DNA of 64,000 nucleotides from an uncultured Actinomycetota bacterium. Its GTDB lineage: Bacteria > Actinomycetota > Actinomycetes > Actinomycetales > Cellulomonadaceae. The position numbers were made by a program, and so were the translations under genes. Positions 51,360 to 61,468 of this stretch are shown here, one piece after another; within the stretch, counting starts at the first letter, position 1; every line of letters begins with the position of its first letter. The DNA is taken from positions 11,529 to 75,528 of the forward strand of contig CAVPEV010000046.1 of the NCBI GenBank assembly GCA_963703555.1, written 5' to 3'. The notes under the pieces are model-generated. The model made no database searches. It saw nothing but the letters and a program-made list of their open reading frames with translations, and had not been told where the DNA came from.

Positions 51360-54300
51360 TCAGACTCCGCCCCGCAGGCGGAGCCCCCGGGGGGTCACCG
51401 TGAAGCCGTGCGAGAGCAGCGCGGCCACCAGTGGTCGGTCCGCGGTGGCTCCGAGCACGTCCTGGCCGTCCACGTGGGCCACCGTGGGGCGGCCCAGCCA
51501 CCCCGCCCGGACGGCGTCGGCGAACCCGGCGGCGCCCCGGTCGAGCAGGGCGCGGTCCGCGCCGAACGTGAGCAGGGACCGGCCGCCCCGTTCCACGAAG
51601 ATCACCAGTGCTCCGTCGACGAGGACGACCGCCGCCCCGGCCTTGCGGCCGGGACGATGGCTCACCGGCGCCGTGCCGTCGGCCGGGTGCGGCCAGGCGA
51701 GCGCGGCACCGTACGGGTTCGCAGGGTCGGTGGCGGCCAGAACGAGCGTTCGGGGCCGGCTGCCCAGGCCGTGGGAGGTGCTCGGACCGACGTCGGTTCC
51801 GGGCCCGGGCAGGTCGGCGATGTCCCGCGCCACTCGGCGCAGCTCGTCGACCGCTCCGGGCAGCGCGAACTGCGAGCCTCCCAGATGTTCGACGAAATAC
51901 CCCCGCCTGGCCCGGCCGGACTGCTCGAGCGCGGAGAGCACCCGGTAGACGGCTGCGAAGCCACCCGGCACGCCCTCGCTCGCCGCGACGGCCCGGGTGA
52001 GCACGCCGTGGCGGTCGAGGAGCTGGAGGGCCAGGGCGTGCGCGCGCACCGTCGGGTCGGGTTCGCGGGCGGGCAGCAGCGACCACCGGCCACCACCGTC
52101 GCCCGCGACGGAGCCCCGCCCGGGTCGCCCCACAGCGAGCGCCCGGCGTCCGTGTCCGACCGACATCGACCGTGGTCGGGGTTGGTGGCCCGGTCCTCGC
52201 GCCCGCAGCGGGGCGAGCCGGTCGTTGGTCACCAGACCGGCCCACACGAGGTCCCACACGGCAGCCGTCACCGTGGTCAGGTCGGTCGCCCGTGCTCCGG
52301 GCTCCGGTGCACCTGCGCCGCCGGCGGGGACCGGTGCGGTGTCGGCATGCACGCGGGCGACGAGCCCTCCGAGGAAGTACGCGCCGCCGTCGGCGAGCGC
52401 GGACAGCACGGCGCGGTGGGCCGTCCCGGTGGGAACCGCGGCGTCGTCGACCCAGGGCAGGGTGAGGTCAGCGACGTCGGCCGGGTGGAGGCTGACCAGC
52501 GCGTCGTGGCCGGACAGCTCCCCGTGCGCCGCCCACACCACCTGACCGGCGCCGACGAGCTCGTCGAGCATTCCCGGGGAGTAGTCACCGACCCGGGCCG
52601 GCAGCACCAGCCCCTCCAGCGCCGAGAGTGGCAGGGGCACACCGGCCAGCTGCTCGACGGCCCGCAGCAGCGCGGCCGGGCCGCGGGGCGCGGACGACCC
52701 GCCACGTCGGCCCGGCGACCCATGGTCCGGCTCGCCCGGAGCGCCGACGCCCTGCCAGGACGGCAGGAAGGCGCCGAGAGCGCGCTGCGGGACCGGCTCC
52801 ACCTCGGCGCGCAGCGCGGCTAGCGAACGGCGCCGCAGGGTGCGCAGCACGTCGACGTCGCAGTACTCCTCGCCGACGCCGCCGAGGACGTCCGGGCGCA
52901 GCGGCCCGGCGACGAGCGCACCGTCGCGGACCAGCCGGTCGGCGACCTCGGCCACGACCGCACGGCCGAGGCCCAGCTGCATCGCCACGTCACGGGCCGC
53001 GAACGGCCCGTGGGTGCGCGCGTACCGTCGCACCAGGTCGCCGAGCGGGTCCGCGACGGGTGCGCCGAACGCCTCGGGCATGGTGACCGGTACCGCGGCG
53101 CCGAGCGCGTCCCGCAGCCGGCCGGTGTCCTCGACCGCCGCCCACTGCTCGGCGCGGTCCGGTGCGACCCCCGGGAGGCGGACGCGCAGCGCACGGCCGT
53201 CGCCCGCCAGGGCGGCCAGCCAGCCGGCGACCTGCTCGCGCTGGTCCGGGCGGGTGCGCACGGCCGCCTCCGCGGCGGTGAGCGGACCGTGCGTGCGCAG
53301 CAGGTCGGCCAGCGCCTCCGCGTCGCGGACCTGGCGTTCCGGTGCGAGCCTGGCCAGCTCCGCCTCGGTACGGACCACCTGGGTGGGGTCGAGCAGGTCG
53401 GCCACCGGGGGCGCCTGCCCACCGAGGAGCTCGGCGAGCAGCGTGGGGTCCAGGGTGAGGGCCGCGGCCCGGCGCTCGGCCAGGGGCGCGTCGCCGTCGT
53501 AGAGGAACTGGGCCGTGTAGCCGAACAGCAGCGACTGGGCGAACGGTGACGGGGCGGCGGTGGTGACCTGGACGACCCGCACCTGGCCGGTCGTCAGCCG
53601 GCCCATGAGGTCGGTGAGGGCCGGCACGTCGAAGTCGTCGCGCAGGCACTCCCGCGCCGCCTCCAGGAGGATGGGGAAGTCCGGGTACCGGGACGCCACC
53701 TGGAGCAGCTGGGCGGACCGCTGCCGTTGCTGCCACAGCGGGGTGCGCCGGTCCGGGCGGCGCCGCGGCAGCAGGAGTGCCCGTGCGGCCGCCTCCCGGA
53801 ACCGGGCGGCGAACAGCGTGGATCCGGCCAGGCCCGCGCGGACCGCGGTCTGGACGTCGGCGGGGTCGATCAGCAGGTCGGCCGCCATCAGCCCGGGGCC
53901 GGCCCCGGGTGCGCCCGGCTGGGCGCCGGGCTCGAGGACGTCGGGCAGCCGCAGCACGATGCCGTCGTCGGAGTGCAGGGCTGCGGCGTCCAGCCCGAAC
54001 CGCTCGTGCAGCCGCTGGACCAGCACGAGGGCCCACGGCGCGTGCACCTGCGCCCCATACGGGGAGTGCACCACCACCCGCCAGTCACCGAGCTCGTCGC
54101 GGAACTGCTCGACCACGACCGTGGTGTCCGTGGGCAGCGCGCCGGTGGCCGCGCGCTGCTCGGCGAGGTAGGCGAGAAGGTTGTCGGCTGCCCATGCGTC
54201 CAGGCCGGTGGCGGCCAGCCGGGCGCGCGCCCGGACCGGCGTCAGGGCTGCGAGCTCGCGGACCCAGGCGCCGACGGCGCGGCCCAGCGGTGCCGGCCGG

Positions 54301-56282
54301 CCCGGCGAGTCGCCCTTCCAGAACGGCAGCCGACCGGGCACGCCGGGAGCCGGGCTGACCAGGACACGGTCGGGCGTGATCTCCTCGATGCGCCAGGTGC
54401 TGGACCCGAGGGTGAACGTGTCGCCGACCCGGGACTCGTAGACCATCTCCTCGTCGAGCTCACCGACCCGCCGGCCCCCGCCGGCCGGAGCAGGATCGGT
54501 GGCCACCCCTGCGACGTGGGCCGCCGAGCCTGCGAGGTAGACGCCGTAGGTGCCGCGGTCCGGGATGGTGCCGCCGCTGGTCACCGCCAGCCGTAGCGCG
54601 CCGGGGCGGGCGTGCAGCACGTCGCGCGCGCGGTCCCAGACCAGCCGCGGGCGCAGCTCGGCGAACTCCTCGCTGGGGTAGCGCCCGGCCAGCATGTCCA
54701 GCACCGCGTACCAGGTCGCCTCGCCGAGCTCGGCGAACGGCGCCGCGCGGCGGACCACCCGGGCGAGCTGTGCGACCGACCAGTCCTCGACGGCGACCAT
54801 CGCCACGACCTGCTGCGCGAGCACGTCCAACGGGTTGGCCGGCACGTGCAGCGCCTCCAGCTGCCCGGCGCGCATCCGCTCGGCGGTGACCGCCGCCGGG
54901 ACGAGCTCGCCCCGGAAGGTCGGCAGTACCACTCCGTGGGACACGGCGCCCACCTGGTGCCCGGACCGGCCCACCCGCTGCAGGCCGCTCGCGACCGACG
55001 GCGGTGCCCCGACCTGCACCACGAGGTCGATGGCGCCCATGTCGATCCCGAGCTCCAGGGAGCTGGTCGCCACCACGGCGGGCAGCAGTCCGGCCTTGAG
55101 CTCCGACTCCGTGCGGGTGCGCTCCGCCCGGCTCATCGAGCCGTGGTGGGCTCGGGCGAGGATGCCCTCCGGGTGGCGGGTGTCCACCCCCACGGCCACC
55201 CCCGACTGTGCGAGGACCTGGGCGGGCTGCAGGCTGCCGGGATCGGCGAAGCCGTCCCCGCGGCGCTGGGCCCACAGCTCGTTGATCCGGGTGGTGAGCC
55301 GTTCGGCGCTCCTGCGTGAGTTGGTGAAGACCAGGGTGGAGCGGTGCGCCGTGACGAGGTCGACGACGCGCTCCTCCACGTGCGGCCATACGGACGCCCG
55401 GCGCGGGCCGACGCCCGCCGGCTCGGTCCCGCCGTCCGGACCGTGCGGCACCGGTCCGCCGGGGGCGGCCGGGTCGGTCAGGCCGGTCAAGTCGGTCAGG
55501 TCGGGCACCGGGACGACGACCTCGACCTCGATGGCCTTGTCGACGGGCGGTTGCACCACGACGACCTCCCGGCCGCCGTCGGCGCGGGGGCGCGCCCCGG
55601 CCAACCAGCCGGCCACGACGTCGACGGGCCGGACGGTGGCGGACAGGCCGATGCGCTGCACCGGTCCTGTGCGGTCGGCCACCAGCGCGTCCAGGCGCTC
55701 CAGCGACAGCGCGAGGTGGGCCCCCCGCTTGGTGCCGGCGAGCGCGTGGACCTCGTCGACGATCACCGTGCCGACCCCGGCCAGCCCGGCCCGCGCCCGG
55801 GAGGTGAGGATGAGGTACAGGGACTCGGGCGTCGTGACGAGGATGTCCGGCGGACGGGTGGCGAACGCGCGCCGCTGTGCCGGCGGGGTGTCCCCGGTGC
55901 GCACGCCCACCCGGACGTCGCGGACCGGGACGCCCAGCCGGTCCGCCGCGTGCCGGATGCCGACGAGCGGTGTGCGCAGGTTCCGCTCGACGTCGGCGGC
56001 CAGCGCCTTCAGCGGTGAGACGTAGAGGACCCGGCAGGCGAGGGCCGGGTCGGCGTCCCCGGTGCCGGGGGGTGGGGCGGCGTGCAGCGCGTCGAGCGCC
56101 CACAGGAACGCGGCCAGCGTCTTGCCCGACCCCGTCGGCGCTACGACGAGGGCATGACGCCCGGAGGCCACCGCCTCCCAGGCGCCGACCTGCGCCGGCG
56201 TGGGCACGGCGAAGGTCTGCGCGAACCAGGCCCGGGTGGCAGGGCTGAGCCGCGTGAGCGGGTCGGGCCGGCCGGGCGTCAC
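51360..56282 (-). CDS. lhr: Lhr-type large ATP-dependent (DEAD/DEAH-box) helicase
   Basis: About 1640 aa from GTG 56282 within track ORF 51360..57509. Motifs LVVAPTGSGKTLAAF, VIVDEVHAL, VFTNSRRSAE, HHGSMS, ATSSLELGIDMG, QRVGRSGH, followed by the long Lhr C-terminal extension. The upstream part of the ORF has no coding signal. Confidence 0.9.
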   Translation of the reverse strand: MTPGRPDPLTRLSPATRAWFAQTFAVPTPAQVGAWEAVASGRHALVVAPTGSGKTLAAFLWALDALHAAPPPGTGDADPALACRVLYVSPLKALAADVERNLRTPLVGIRHAADRLGVPVRDVRVGVRTGDTPPAQRRAFATRPPDILVTTPESLYLILTSRARAGLAGVGTVIVDEVHALAGTKRGAHLALSLERLDALVADRTGPVQRIGLSATVRPVDVVAGWLAGARPRADGGREVVVVQPPVDKAIEVEVVVPVPDLTDLTGLTDPAAPGGPVPHGPDGGTEPAGVGPRRASVWPHVEERVVDLVTAHRSTLVFTNSRRSAERLTTRINELWAQRRGDGFADPGSLQPAQVLAQSGVAVGVDTRHPEGILARAHHGSMSRAERTRTESELKAGLLPAVVATSSLELGIDMGAIDLVVQVGAPPSVASGLQRVGRSGHQVGAVSHGVVLPTFRGELVPAAVTAERMRAGQLEALHVPANPLDVLAQQVVAMVAVEDWSVAQLARVVRRAAPFAELGEATWYAVLDMLAGRYPSEEFAELRPRLVWDRARDVLHARPGALRLAVTSGGTIPDRGTYGVYLAGSAAHVAGVATDPAPAGGGRRVGELDEEMVYESRVGDTFTLGSSTWRIEEITPDRVLVSPAPGVPGRLPFWKGDSPGRPAPLGRAVGAWVRELAALTPVRARARLAATGLDAWAADNLLAYLAEQRAATGALPTDTTVVVEQFRDELGDWRVVVHSPYGAQVHAPWALVLVQRLHERFGLDAAALHSDDGIVLRLPDVLEPGAQPGAPGAGPGLMAADLLIDPADVQTAVRAGLAGSTLFAARFREAAARALLLPRRRPDRRTPLWQQRQRSAQLLQVASRYPDFPILLEAARECLRDDFDVPALTDLMGRLTTGQVRVVQVTTAAPSPFAQSLLFGYTAQFLYDGDAPLAERRAAALTLDPTLLAELLGGQAPPVADLLDPTQVVRTEAELARLAPERQVRDAEALADLLRTHGPLTAAEAAVRTRPDQREQVAGWLAALAGDGRALRVRLPGVAPDRAEQWAAVEDTGRLRDALGAAVPVTMPEAFGAPVADPLGDLVRRYARTHGPFAARDVAMQLGLGRAVVAEVADRLVRDGALVAGPLRPDVLGGVGEEYCDVDVLRTLRRRSLAALRAEVEPVPQRALGAFLPSWQGVGAPGEPDHGSPGRRGGSSAPRGPAALLRAVEQLAGVPLPLSALEGLVLPARVGDYSPGMLDELVGAGQVVWAAHGELSGHDALVSLHPADVADLTLPWVDDAAVPTGTAHRAVLSALADGGAYFLGGLVARVHADTAPVPAGGAGAPEPGARATDLTTVTAAVWDLVWAGLVTNDRLAPLRARGPGHQPRPRSMSVGHGRRALAVGRPGRGSVAGDGGGRWSLLPAREPDPTVRAHALALQLLDRHGVLTRAVAASEGVPGGFAAVYRVLSALEQSGRARRGYFVEHLGGSQFALPGAVDELRRVARDIADLPGPGTDVGPSTSHGLGSRPRTLVLAATDPANPYGAALAWPHPADGTAPVSHRPGRKAGAAVVLVDGALVIFVERGGRSLLTFGADRALLDRGAAGFADAVRAGWLGRPTVAHVDGQDVLGATADRPLVAALLSHGFTVTPRGLRLRGGV

Positions 56283-56288
56283 CGCACC

Positions 56289-56310
56289 ATTGTCGACGGT
56301 GCCGGTGACA
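56289..56310 (-). promoter_or_regulatory. Candidate LexA-independent DNA-damage (RecA-NDp-like) promoter giving a leaderless lhr mRNA
   Basis: The minus strand reads tgtcaccg-gcaccgtc(8 nt)-gacaat-ggtgcg(6 nt)-GTG(lhr start). It is a near match to TGTCRgtg-N8-TAnnnT, with the first T of the -10 replaced by G. Confidence 0.35.
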
Positions 56311-56395
56311 TCGGTCCCGGCTGACCTGGCTCCCGCCCGGCACCGGTCCGAGGCACCCGGCGGCAGCCGTCGGCCCGCGGTGGCAGGCTGGTGCG

Positions 56396-56626
56396 GTGCG
56401 CTACCGCGAGTTCTGGCAGCTGGTCGACGAGGTGCTCGGCCGCGAGGGCCGGACCCTGACCCGGGAGCTCGTCCTGCTGCGCCTGGGCGGTGCGACCGCG
56501 GTGCAGGCCCTCGACGCGGGCGTCGAGCCGCGCGACGTGTGGCACGCGCTGTGCGACGAGCTCGACGTGCCGGAGTCGCGCCGGTGGGGGGCCGACCCGC
56601 ACCGGCAGGCCCCGCCGCGGCGGTGA
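56396..56626 (+). CDS. DUF3046-family protein
   Basis: 76 aa. MRYREFWQLVDEVLG..LGG.TA.QALDAGVEPRDVWHALCDELDVPE. This small protein is typically linked to recA in actinobacteria. Confidence 0.8.
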   Translation: MRYREFWQLVDEVLGREGRTLTRELVLLRLGGATAVQALDAGVEPRDVWHALCDELDVPESRRWGADPHRQAPPRR

Positions 56627-56667
56627 CCGGCGGACCGACCCGCCGGGGGCTGTGACAGGCTGGGACC

Positions 56668-58713
56668 GTGGCTGACCGGCCGGTCTGGTGGCCCACGCTC
56701 GTCGACGTGGGGGATGCCGCGCTCGCCCTGGTGACCACGGCGGCAGGGCTGGCTGTGGGCATCGGCCTGGTCGACGGCGTCTCGGCGGACAACCCGGGCG
56801 CCGTGCTCCTCGTCGCGCTCGCCGTCGCCGTCGGCGACCTCGTCCTGCGGGCACCGTTGCGGCTGCTCGCGCGGGCCACCGGCGCACCGGGGGCGGTGGC
56901 TGCCGGCGTCGTCGCGCAGACCGCGGTGGCCTGGGGTGCGCTGCGGCTCGTCCCCGGCGTGACGGCGAGCTCGGCGTGGGCGGTCGTCGCCGTGCTCGTG
57001 GTGGCCGCCATGGCGATGGCGGCCGGGCGATGGGCGTGGGGCGTGAACGACTCCGAGTACGTCATGGGCGACGTGCTGCGCCGGTCACGCGCTGCTGCGC
57101 GGCGCGCCGGCGCCGCCGGTGCGCGGCCGGGTGCCGAACGCCCTGCCGGACTGCTCGTCGTGATCCTGGACGGGGTCAGCGCCCCGGTGCTGCGCGAGGC
57201 GGTCGAGGCGGGTCTGGCCCCCACCCTGGCGCGGTGGCTGGATCGCGGCTCGCACCGGCTCGAGGAGTGGTGGGCCGGCGCCCCGGCCACCACCCCGGCC
57301 AGCCAGGCCGGTCTGCTCCACGCCAGCACGGCGGTCCCGGCGTTCCGCTGGTGGGACCGGGACCTGGGCCGGCTCGTGGTGTCGAACCATCCCGTCGATG
57401 CGGCGCGGCTCGAGGCGCAGGTGTCCACCGGGGACGGCCTGCTCGCCCACGATGGCGTGGCCGTGGCGACCATGCTCTCCGGGGACGCGCCGACCGCGTT
57501 GCTGGTCATGAGTCGCGCCGGCCGGCGCGACTCCGGTGCGTCCTACCTACGGTTCTTCGCCAGCCCTTTCGTGCTCGCCCGCGCGGTCGGGCTGACCGTG
57601 GGAGAGATGGTCAAGGAGCTGTACCAGGCCCGCCGCCAGCGGGTCCGGGGGGTCACCCCGCGGGTGTCCCGGACCGGCTGGTACGTGCTGCTCCGGGGGG
57701 TCAGCAACGTTGCCCTGCGGGACCTGGCGACCTCCCTGGTGGCCGAGCACCTGGTGCGCGGCGCCCCGACCGTGTGTGTCGACTACGTCGACTACGACGA
57801 GATCGCCCATCACGCCGGTCCGCGGCGGCCCGAGGCGATGCGCGCGCTCGAGGGTCTGGACCGGGTGCTGGGCATCCTCGAGCAGGTGCTGCCGGTGGCG
57901 GGCCGCGACTACCGGGTGGTCGTCGCCTCCGACCACGGCCAGTCGTTGGGTACGCCGTTCTCCCAGGTCGCGCACGCGACGCTGACACAGACCGTCCGGG
58001 ACCTGATGGATCGCTGCGTCACCGGCCCGGTCCGTGCCGTGCAGGCCGGTGACGGTGAGGACTGGGGTCCGATCAACGCCCTGCTCACCTCCCTGACGTC
58101 CCGGCGACGCGACCGCGCGGTGGTGCTCGGTCCGGACGCGGACCAGCGCGCCGCCGGGCAGGCCGACGTCGTGGTCGCCGCGTCCGGCAACCTCGCCATG
58201 GTGTGGTTCCCCGGCCTGCCGCGCCGCCCGAGCCTGGACGAGGTGCAGGACCGCTGGCCGGGTCTGGTCGCGGCGCTGGCGGCGCAGCCCGGGATCGGCG
58301 CGGTCGTCGTGGACACCGCGGAGCGGGGCCTGGTCGCGGTGGGCTCGGGGGGGCTGGTGCTCCTCGAGCAGGAGGGTCACCCGGTCGAGGGGATCGACCC
58401 GCTGGCCGGCTACGGCGTGCGTGCGGCGAAGGACCTGGCCGGCGCGGCCCGCCGCCCGCACGCCGGCGACCTGGTGCTGGTGTCCTCGGTCACGCCGGAC
58501 GGGCACGTGCACGCGTTCGAGGAGCAGGTCGGTTCGCACGGAGGCCTGGGCGGGGAGCAGAACCGGGCCCTGCTCGTGCACCCGACCGAGCTGACCCTCG
58601 ACGACGACCTGGCCGGGCCGGCGGTGCCCGGCGACGAGGCGCGGCTGGTGGGGGCCGAACGGGTGCACGCCCAGCTCGTCCGCTGGCAGCGCCAGCTGGA
58701 CCTGCGGCCATGA
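56668..58713 (+). CDS. Membrane-anchored alkaline-phosphatase-superfamily (nucleotide pyrophosphatase/phosphodiesterase-like) protein
   Basis: The first ~120 aa are a multi-helix hydrophobic region. Then LLVVILDGVSAPVL, TTPASQAGLLH, VDYDEIAHHAGP, ASDHGQS, GSHGGLGG. Confidence 0.75.
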   Translation: MADRPVWWPTLVDVGDAALALVTTAAGLAVGIGLVDGVSADNPGAVLLVALAVAVGDLVLRAPLRLLARATGAPGAVAAGVVAQTAVAWGALRLVPGVTASSAWAVVAVLVVAAMAMAAGRWAWGVNDSEYVMGDVLRRSRAAARRAGAAGARPGAERPAGLLVVILDGVSAPVLREAVEAGLAPTLARWLDRGSHRLEEWWAGAPATTPASQAGLLHASTAVPAFRWWDRDLGRLVVSNHPVDAARLEAQVSTGDGLLAHDGVAVATMLSGDAPTALLVMSRAGRRDSGASYLRFFASPFVLARAVGLTVGEMVKELYQARRQRVRGVTPRVSRTGWYVLLRGVSNVALRDLATSLVAEHLVRGAPTVCVDYVDYDEIAHHAGPRRPEAMRALEGLDRVLGILEQVLPVAGRDYRVVVASDHGQSLGTPFSQVAHATLTQTVRDLMDRCVTGPVRAVQAGDGEDWGPINALLTSLTSRRRDRAVVLGPDADQRAAGQADVVVAASGNLAMVWFPGLPRRPSLDEVQDRWPGLVAALAAQPGIGAVVVDTAERGLVAVGSGGLVLLEQEGHPVEGIDPLAGYGVRAAKDLAGAARRPHAGDLVLVSSVTPDGHVHAFEEQVGSHGGLGGEQNRALLVHPTELTLDDDLAGPAVPGDEARLVGAERVHAQLVRWQRQLDLRP

Positions 58714-59504
58714 CCCCCGCGGCCGGGCCGGGAGCCGTGATCACCTGGCTGGGGCACGCCAGCGTGGTGCTGGACCTCGACGGCGTCCGGCTGCTCACCG
58801 ACCCGCTGCTGGGCGGCAACGCCGGCCTGCTGCGTCGCCGGCCCGGTGAGCCCGACTCGGAGGCCTGGGCCGACCCGGCCGTCGTGCTGCTGTCCCACCT
58901 GCACCACGACCATGCCGAGCCGGCGTCGTTGCGGCGGCTCGGGGCGGTGCCGGTGCTCACCGCTGCGGCCAACGCGCGCTGGCTCCACCGGCACGGGTTG
59001 GGTGCCCCGGCGGGCCCGACCGCCGACGGCTGGTGGCGGCTGCCGGCGCCGGACGGAGGCGAGGTGTCGGTCCGGCTGGTGCCGGCGGTGCATGGCGGCA
59101 GGCCCATGCCGCACCGCCCGAACGCGGCGAACGGCTTCCTCGTCGTGGCACCGTCGACCGCCGTGTGGTTCGCCGGGGACACGGCGCCATACCCGGCGAT
59201 GGGCGCCCTGCCGGAACTGGCCGGCCGTCCGGTCGACGTCGCACTGGTACCGGTGGGCGGGTGGGGGCCACGGCTGTCGGCAGGGCACATGGACCCGGTG
59301 CAGGCGGCCGAGGCGTGCGCGGTGGTCGGGGCACGGGTGGCGATCCCGGTGCACTGGGGCACATTGCACGCGCCGGCGTCGAGCCGGCTCCCGCCGGGGT
59401 GGATGGACCGCGCGGGTCCGGCCTTCGCGGCTGCGCTGCGCCGGCGGGCGCCGAGGTGCCACGCGGCGGTGCTGGCGCCCGGCGAGCGGGTCCGGGTGGC
59501 CTGA
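58710..59504 (+). CDS. MBL-fold metallo-hydrolase
   Basis: ATG 58710 within track ORF 58203..59504. [44 protein letters not shown]. Confidence 0.82.
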   Translation: MTPAAGPGAVITWLGHASVVLDLDGVRLLTDPLLGGNAGLLRRRPGEPDSEAWADPAVVLLSHLHHDHAEPASLRRLGAVPVLTAAANARWLHRHGLGAPAGPTADGWWRLPAPDGGEVSVRLVPAVHGGRPMPHRPNAANGFLVVAPSTAVWFAGDTAPYPAMGALPELAGRPVDVALVPVGGWGPRLSAGHMDPVQAAEACAVVGARVAIPVHWGTLHAPASSRLPPGWMDRAGPAFAAALRRRAPRCHAAVLAPGERVRVA

Positions 59505-59565
59505 GACGGGTGCCGTGCTGCGCGCCGAGCTGCGGTGCGGCGCAGTGGCGGCGTGGCGCTCCACG

Positions 59566-59588
59566 TCGAACACCTGTTCGGCTAGGGT
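59566..59588 (+). promoter_or_regulatory. LexA SOS box followed by a TAGGGT -10 element (recA distal promoter)
   Basis: tcgaacacctgttcg (59566-59580) matches actinobacterial TCGAAC-N4-GTTCGA. tagggt lies at 59583-59588. Confidence 0.75.
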
Positions 59589-59689
59589 GAGGCATGGTGA
59601 CGACACCGCGGAGCCCCCGCGCTCTGCTCCGCCCCCGGCCGACGACGCGGCCGGGGGCGGAGCAGGACTGTGGACGCCCTCGCGGCGCA

Positions 59690-59711
59690 TGTCGGTGGTC
59701 GGGCATAGCGT
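59690..59711 (+). promoter_or_regulatory. RecA-NDp (PafBC-type, LexA-independent) promoter motif, recA proximal promoter
   Basis: tgtcggtg (59690-59697), an 8-nt spacer gtcgggca, then tagcgt (59706-59711). This is an exact match to TGTCGGTG-N8-TAnnnT and lies about 65 nt upstream of the recA ATG. Confidence 0.75.
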
Positions 59712-59775
59712 CACCGCACGTCGAGACCAGCTCCAGTACCTGCAGCCCGTGCTGCCCGAGACGACGAGGTGTGAC

Positions 59776-60810
59776 ATGCCCGCTCCGCTGGACCGTGAGA
59801 AGGCCCTGGAGGCCGCTCTCTCCCAGATCGATCGTCAGTTCGGCAAGGGCTCGATCATGCGGCTGGGGGACGACGGCCGCGTCCCCGTCGAGGTGATCCC
59901 CACCGGCTCCGTCGCGCTGGACATCGCGCTGGGCATCGGCGGCCTGCCCAGGGGCCGGGTCGTGGAGATCTACGGGCCGGAGTCGTCGGGAAAGACGACG
60001 CTCGCCCTGCACGCCGTGGCCAACGCCCAGCGGGCGGGCGGCATCGCGGCGTTCATTGACGCGGAGCACGCCCTGGACCCGGACTACGCCAAACACCTGG
60101 GGGTCGACACGGACGCGCTGCTGGTCTCCCAGCCGGACACCGGCGAGCAGGCGCTGGAGATCATGGACATGCTCATCCGGTCCGGAGCGATCGACGTCGT
60201 CGTGGTGGACTCCGTGGCGGCGCTGGTCCCCAAGGCCGAGATCGACGGGGAGATGGGGGACAGCCACGTCGGGCTGCAGGCGCGCCTGATGTCCCAGGCG
60301 CTGCGCAAGATCACCGGCGCGCTGAACTCCTCGGGCACCACCGCGATCTTCATCAACCAGTTGCGCGAGAAGATCGGGGTGTTCTTCGGCTCGCCGGAGA
60401 CCACCACGGGTGGCAAGGCGCTGAAGTTCTATGCCTCGATCCGGCTGGACATCCGCCGGATCGAGACCCTCAAGGAGGGCACCGAGTCGATCGGGAACCG
60501 CACTCGGGTCAAGGTCGTGAAGAACAAGATGGCGCCACCCTTCAAGCAGGCCGAGTTCGACATCCTCTACGGCGTCGGAATCTCCCGCGAGGGTGGGATC
60601 ATCGACATGGGCGTGGAGCAGGGGATCGTGCGCAAGTCGGGGGCCTGGTACACGTACGAGGGCGACCAGCTCGGTCAGGGCAAGGAGAATGCGCGCAGCT
60701 TCCTGCGTGACAACCCCGACCTCGCTGCGGAGATCGAGAAGAAGATCAAGGACAAGCTGGGCATCGGGGTACCCGTCGGCACGTCCGCCGATCCGGCGAC
60801 CGACCTGTGA
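59776..60810 (+). CDS. recA: Recombinase RecA (no intein)
   Basis: Motifs [87 protein letters not shown]. Confidence 0.98.
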   Translation: MPAPLDREKALEAALSQIDRQFGKGSIMRLGDDGRVPVEVIPTGSVALDIALGIGGLPRGRVVEIYGPESSGKTTLALHAVANAQRAGGIAAFIDAEHALDPDYAKHLGVDTDALLVSQPDTGEQALEIMDMLIRSGAIDVVVVDSVAALVPKAEIDGEMGDSHVGLQARLMSQALRKITGALNSSGTTAIFINQLREKIGVFFGSPETTTGGKALKFYASIRLDIRRIETLKEGTESIGNRTRVKVVKNKMAPPFKQAEFDILYGVGISREGGIIDMGVEQGIVRKSGAWYTYEGDQLGQGKENARSFLRDNPDLAAEIEKKIKDKLGIGVPVGTSADPATDL

Positions 60811-61424
60811 CCGTGCGGAGCGCAGGACGCGCGCGGCGCAGCACGACGGCGGGACCGGAACGCCGAGCGCCGGACCCGCAGCCCGGCGCCGCACCCGCCG
60901 CGGCGCCGGACGACGACTCGGACCCCGAGGACGTGGCGCGCGCCATCGCCCTGCGGCTGCTGACCTCCGCACCGCGCAGCCGGGCCGAGCTTGCTCGGGC
61001 GATGGCAGCGCGGGCCGTGCCGGAGCAGGCCGCCGAGGCTGTGCTCGACCGGTTCACCGAGGTGGGTCTGGTCGACGACGCCGAGTACGCCCGGATGCTC
61101 GTGCGGTCGCGGCAGGCCGAGCGTGGGCTCGCGCGGCGCGGCCTGGCTGCGGAGCTGAACCGACACGGCGTCCCCCCGGAGGCCGCGGCACAGGCCCTGG
61201 CCGAGGTCGATGACGAGAGCGAGCTGGCCACGGCGCGCGATCTGGTGCGCCGGCGGATGGCGGCCGGGCGGGGCCTGGACGAGCAGGTGCTGGTCCGCCG
61301 GACGGTCGCTGCGCTGGCCCGGAAGGGGTACGCCCCCGGGCTGGCGCTTCGCTTGGTCCGGGAGGCGCTGGCTACGGAGGGTGCCGACGTCGACCTGGCC
61401 GGCACGGACCTGCTCGACGAGTGA
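60807..61424 (+). CDS. recX: Recombination regulator RecX
   Basis: GTGA overlap with the recA stop. [57 protein letters not shown]. Confidence 0.9.
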   Translation: MTVRSAGRARRSTTAGPERRAPDPQPGAAPAAAPDDDSDPEDVARAIALRLLTSAPRSRAELARAMAARAVPEQAAEAVLDRFTEVGLVDDAEYARMLVRSRQAERGLARRGLAAELNRHGVPPEAAAQALAEVDDESELATARDLVRRRMAAGRGLDEQVLVRRTVAALARKGYAPGLALRLVREALATEGADVDLAGTDLLDE

Positions 61425-61436
61425 CGGCGCGCCTTC

Positions 61437-61468
61437 GCCGTCGGTTCGAGGTGCCGTCGGTTCGAGGG
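61437..61468. repeat. 16-bp tandem direct repeat (2 copies) after recX
   Basis: gccgtcggttcgaggt (61437-61452) and gccgtcggttcgaggg (61453-61468). The first copy also forms the 3' arm of a 7-bp hairpin with 61423-61429. Confidence 0.8.

Noticed and set aside
56283-57509. A 409-codon upstream extension of the lhr ORF, which would give a 2049-aa protein.
   Set aside because: The extension is antisense to the well-supported DUF3046 and alkaline-phosphatase-family genes. It is Arg/Pro/Ala-rich without motifs. The conserved Lhr N-terminus begins right after GTG 56282.
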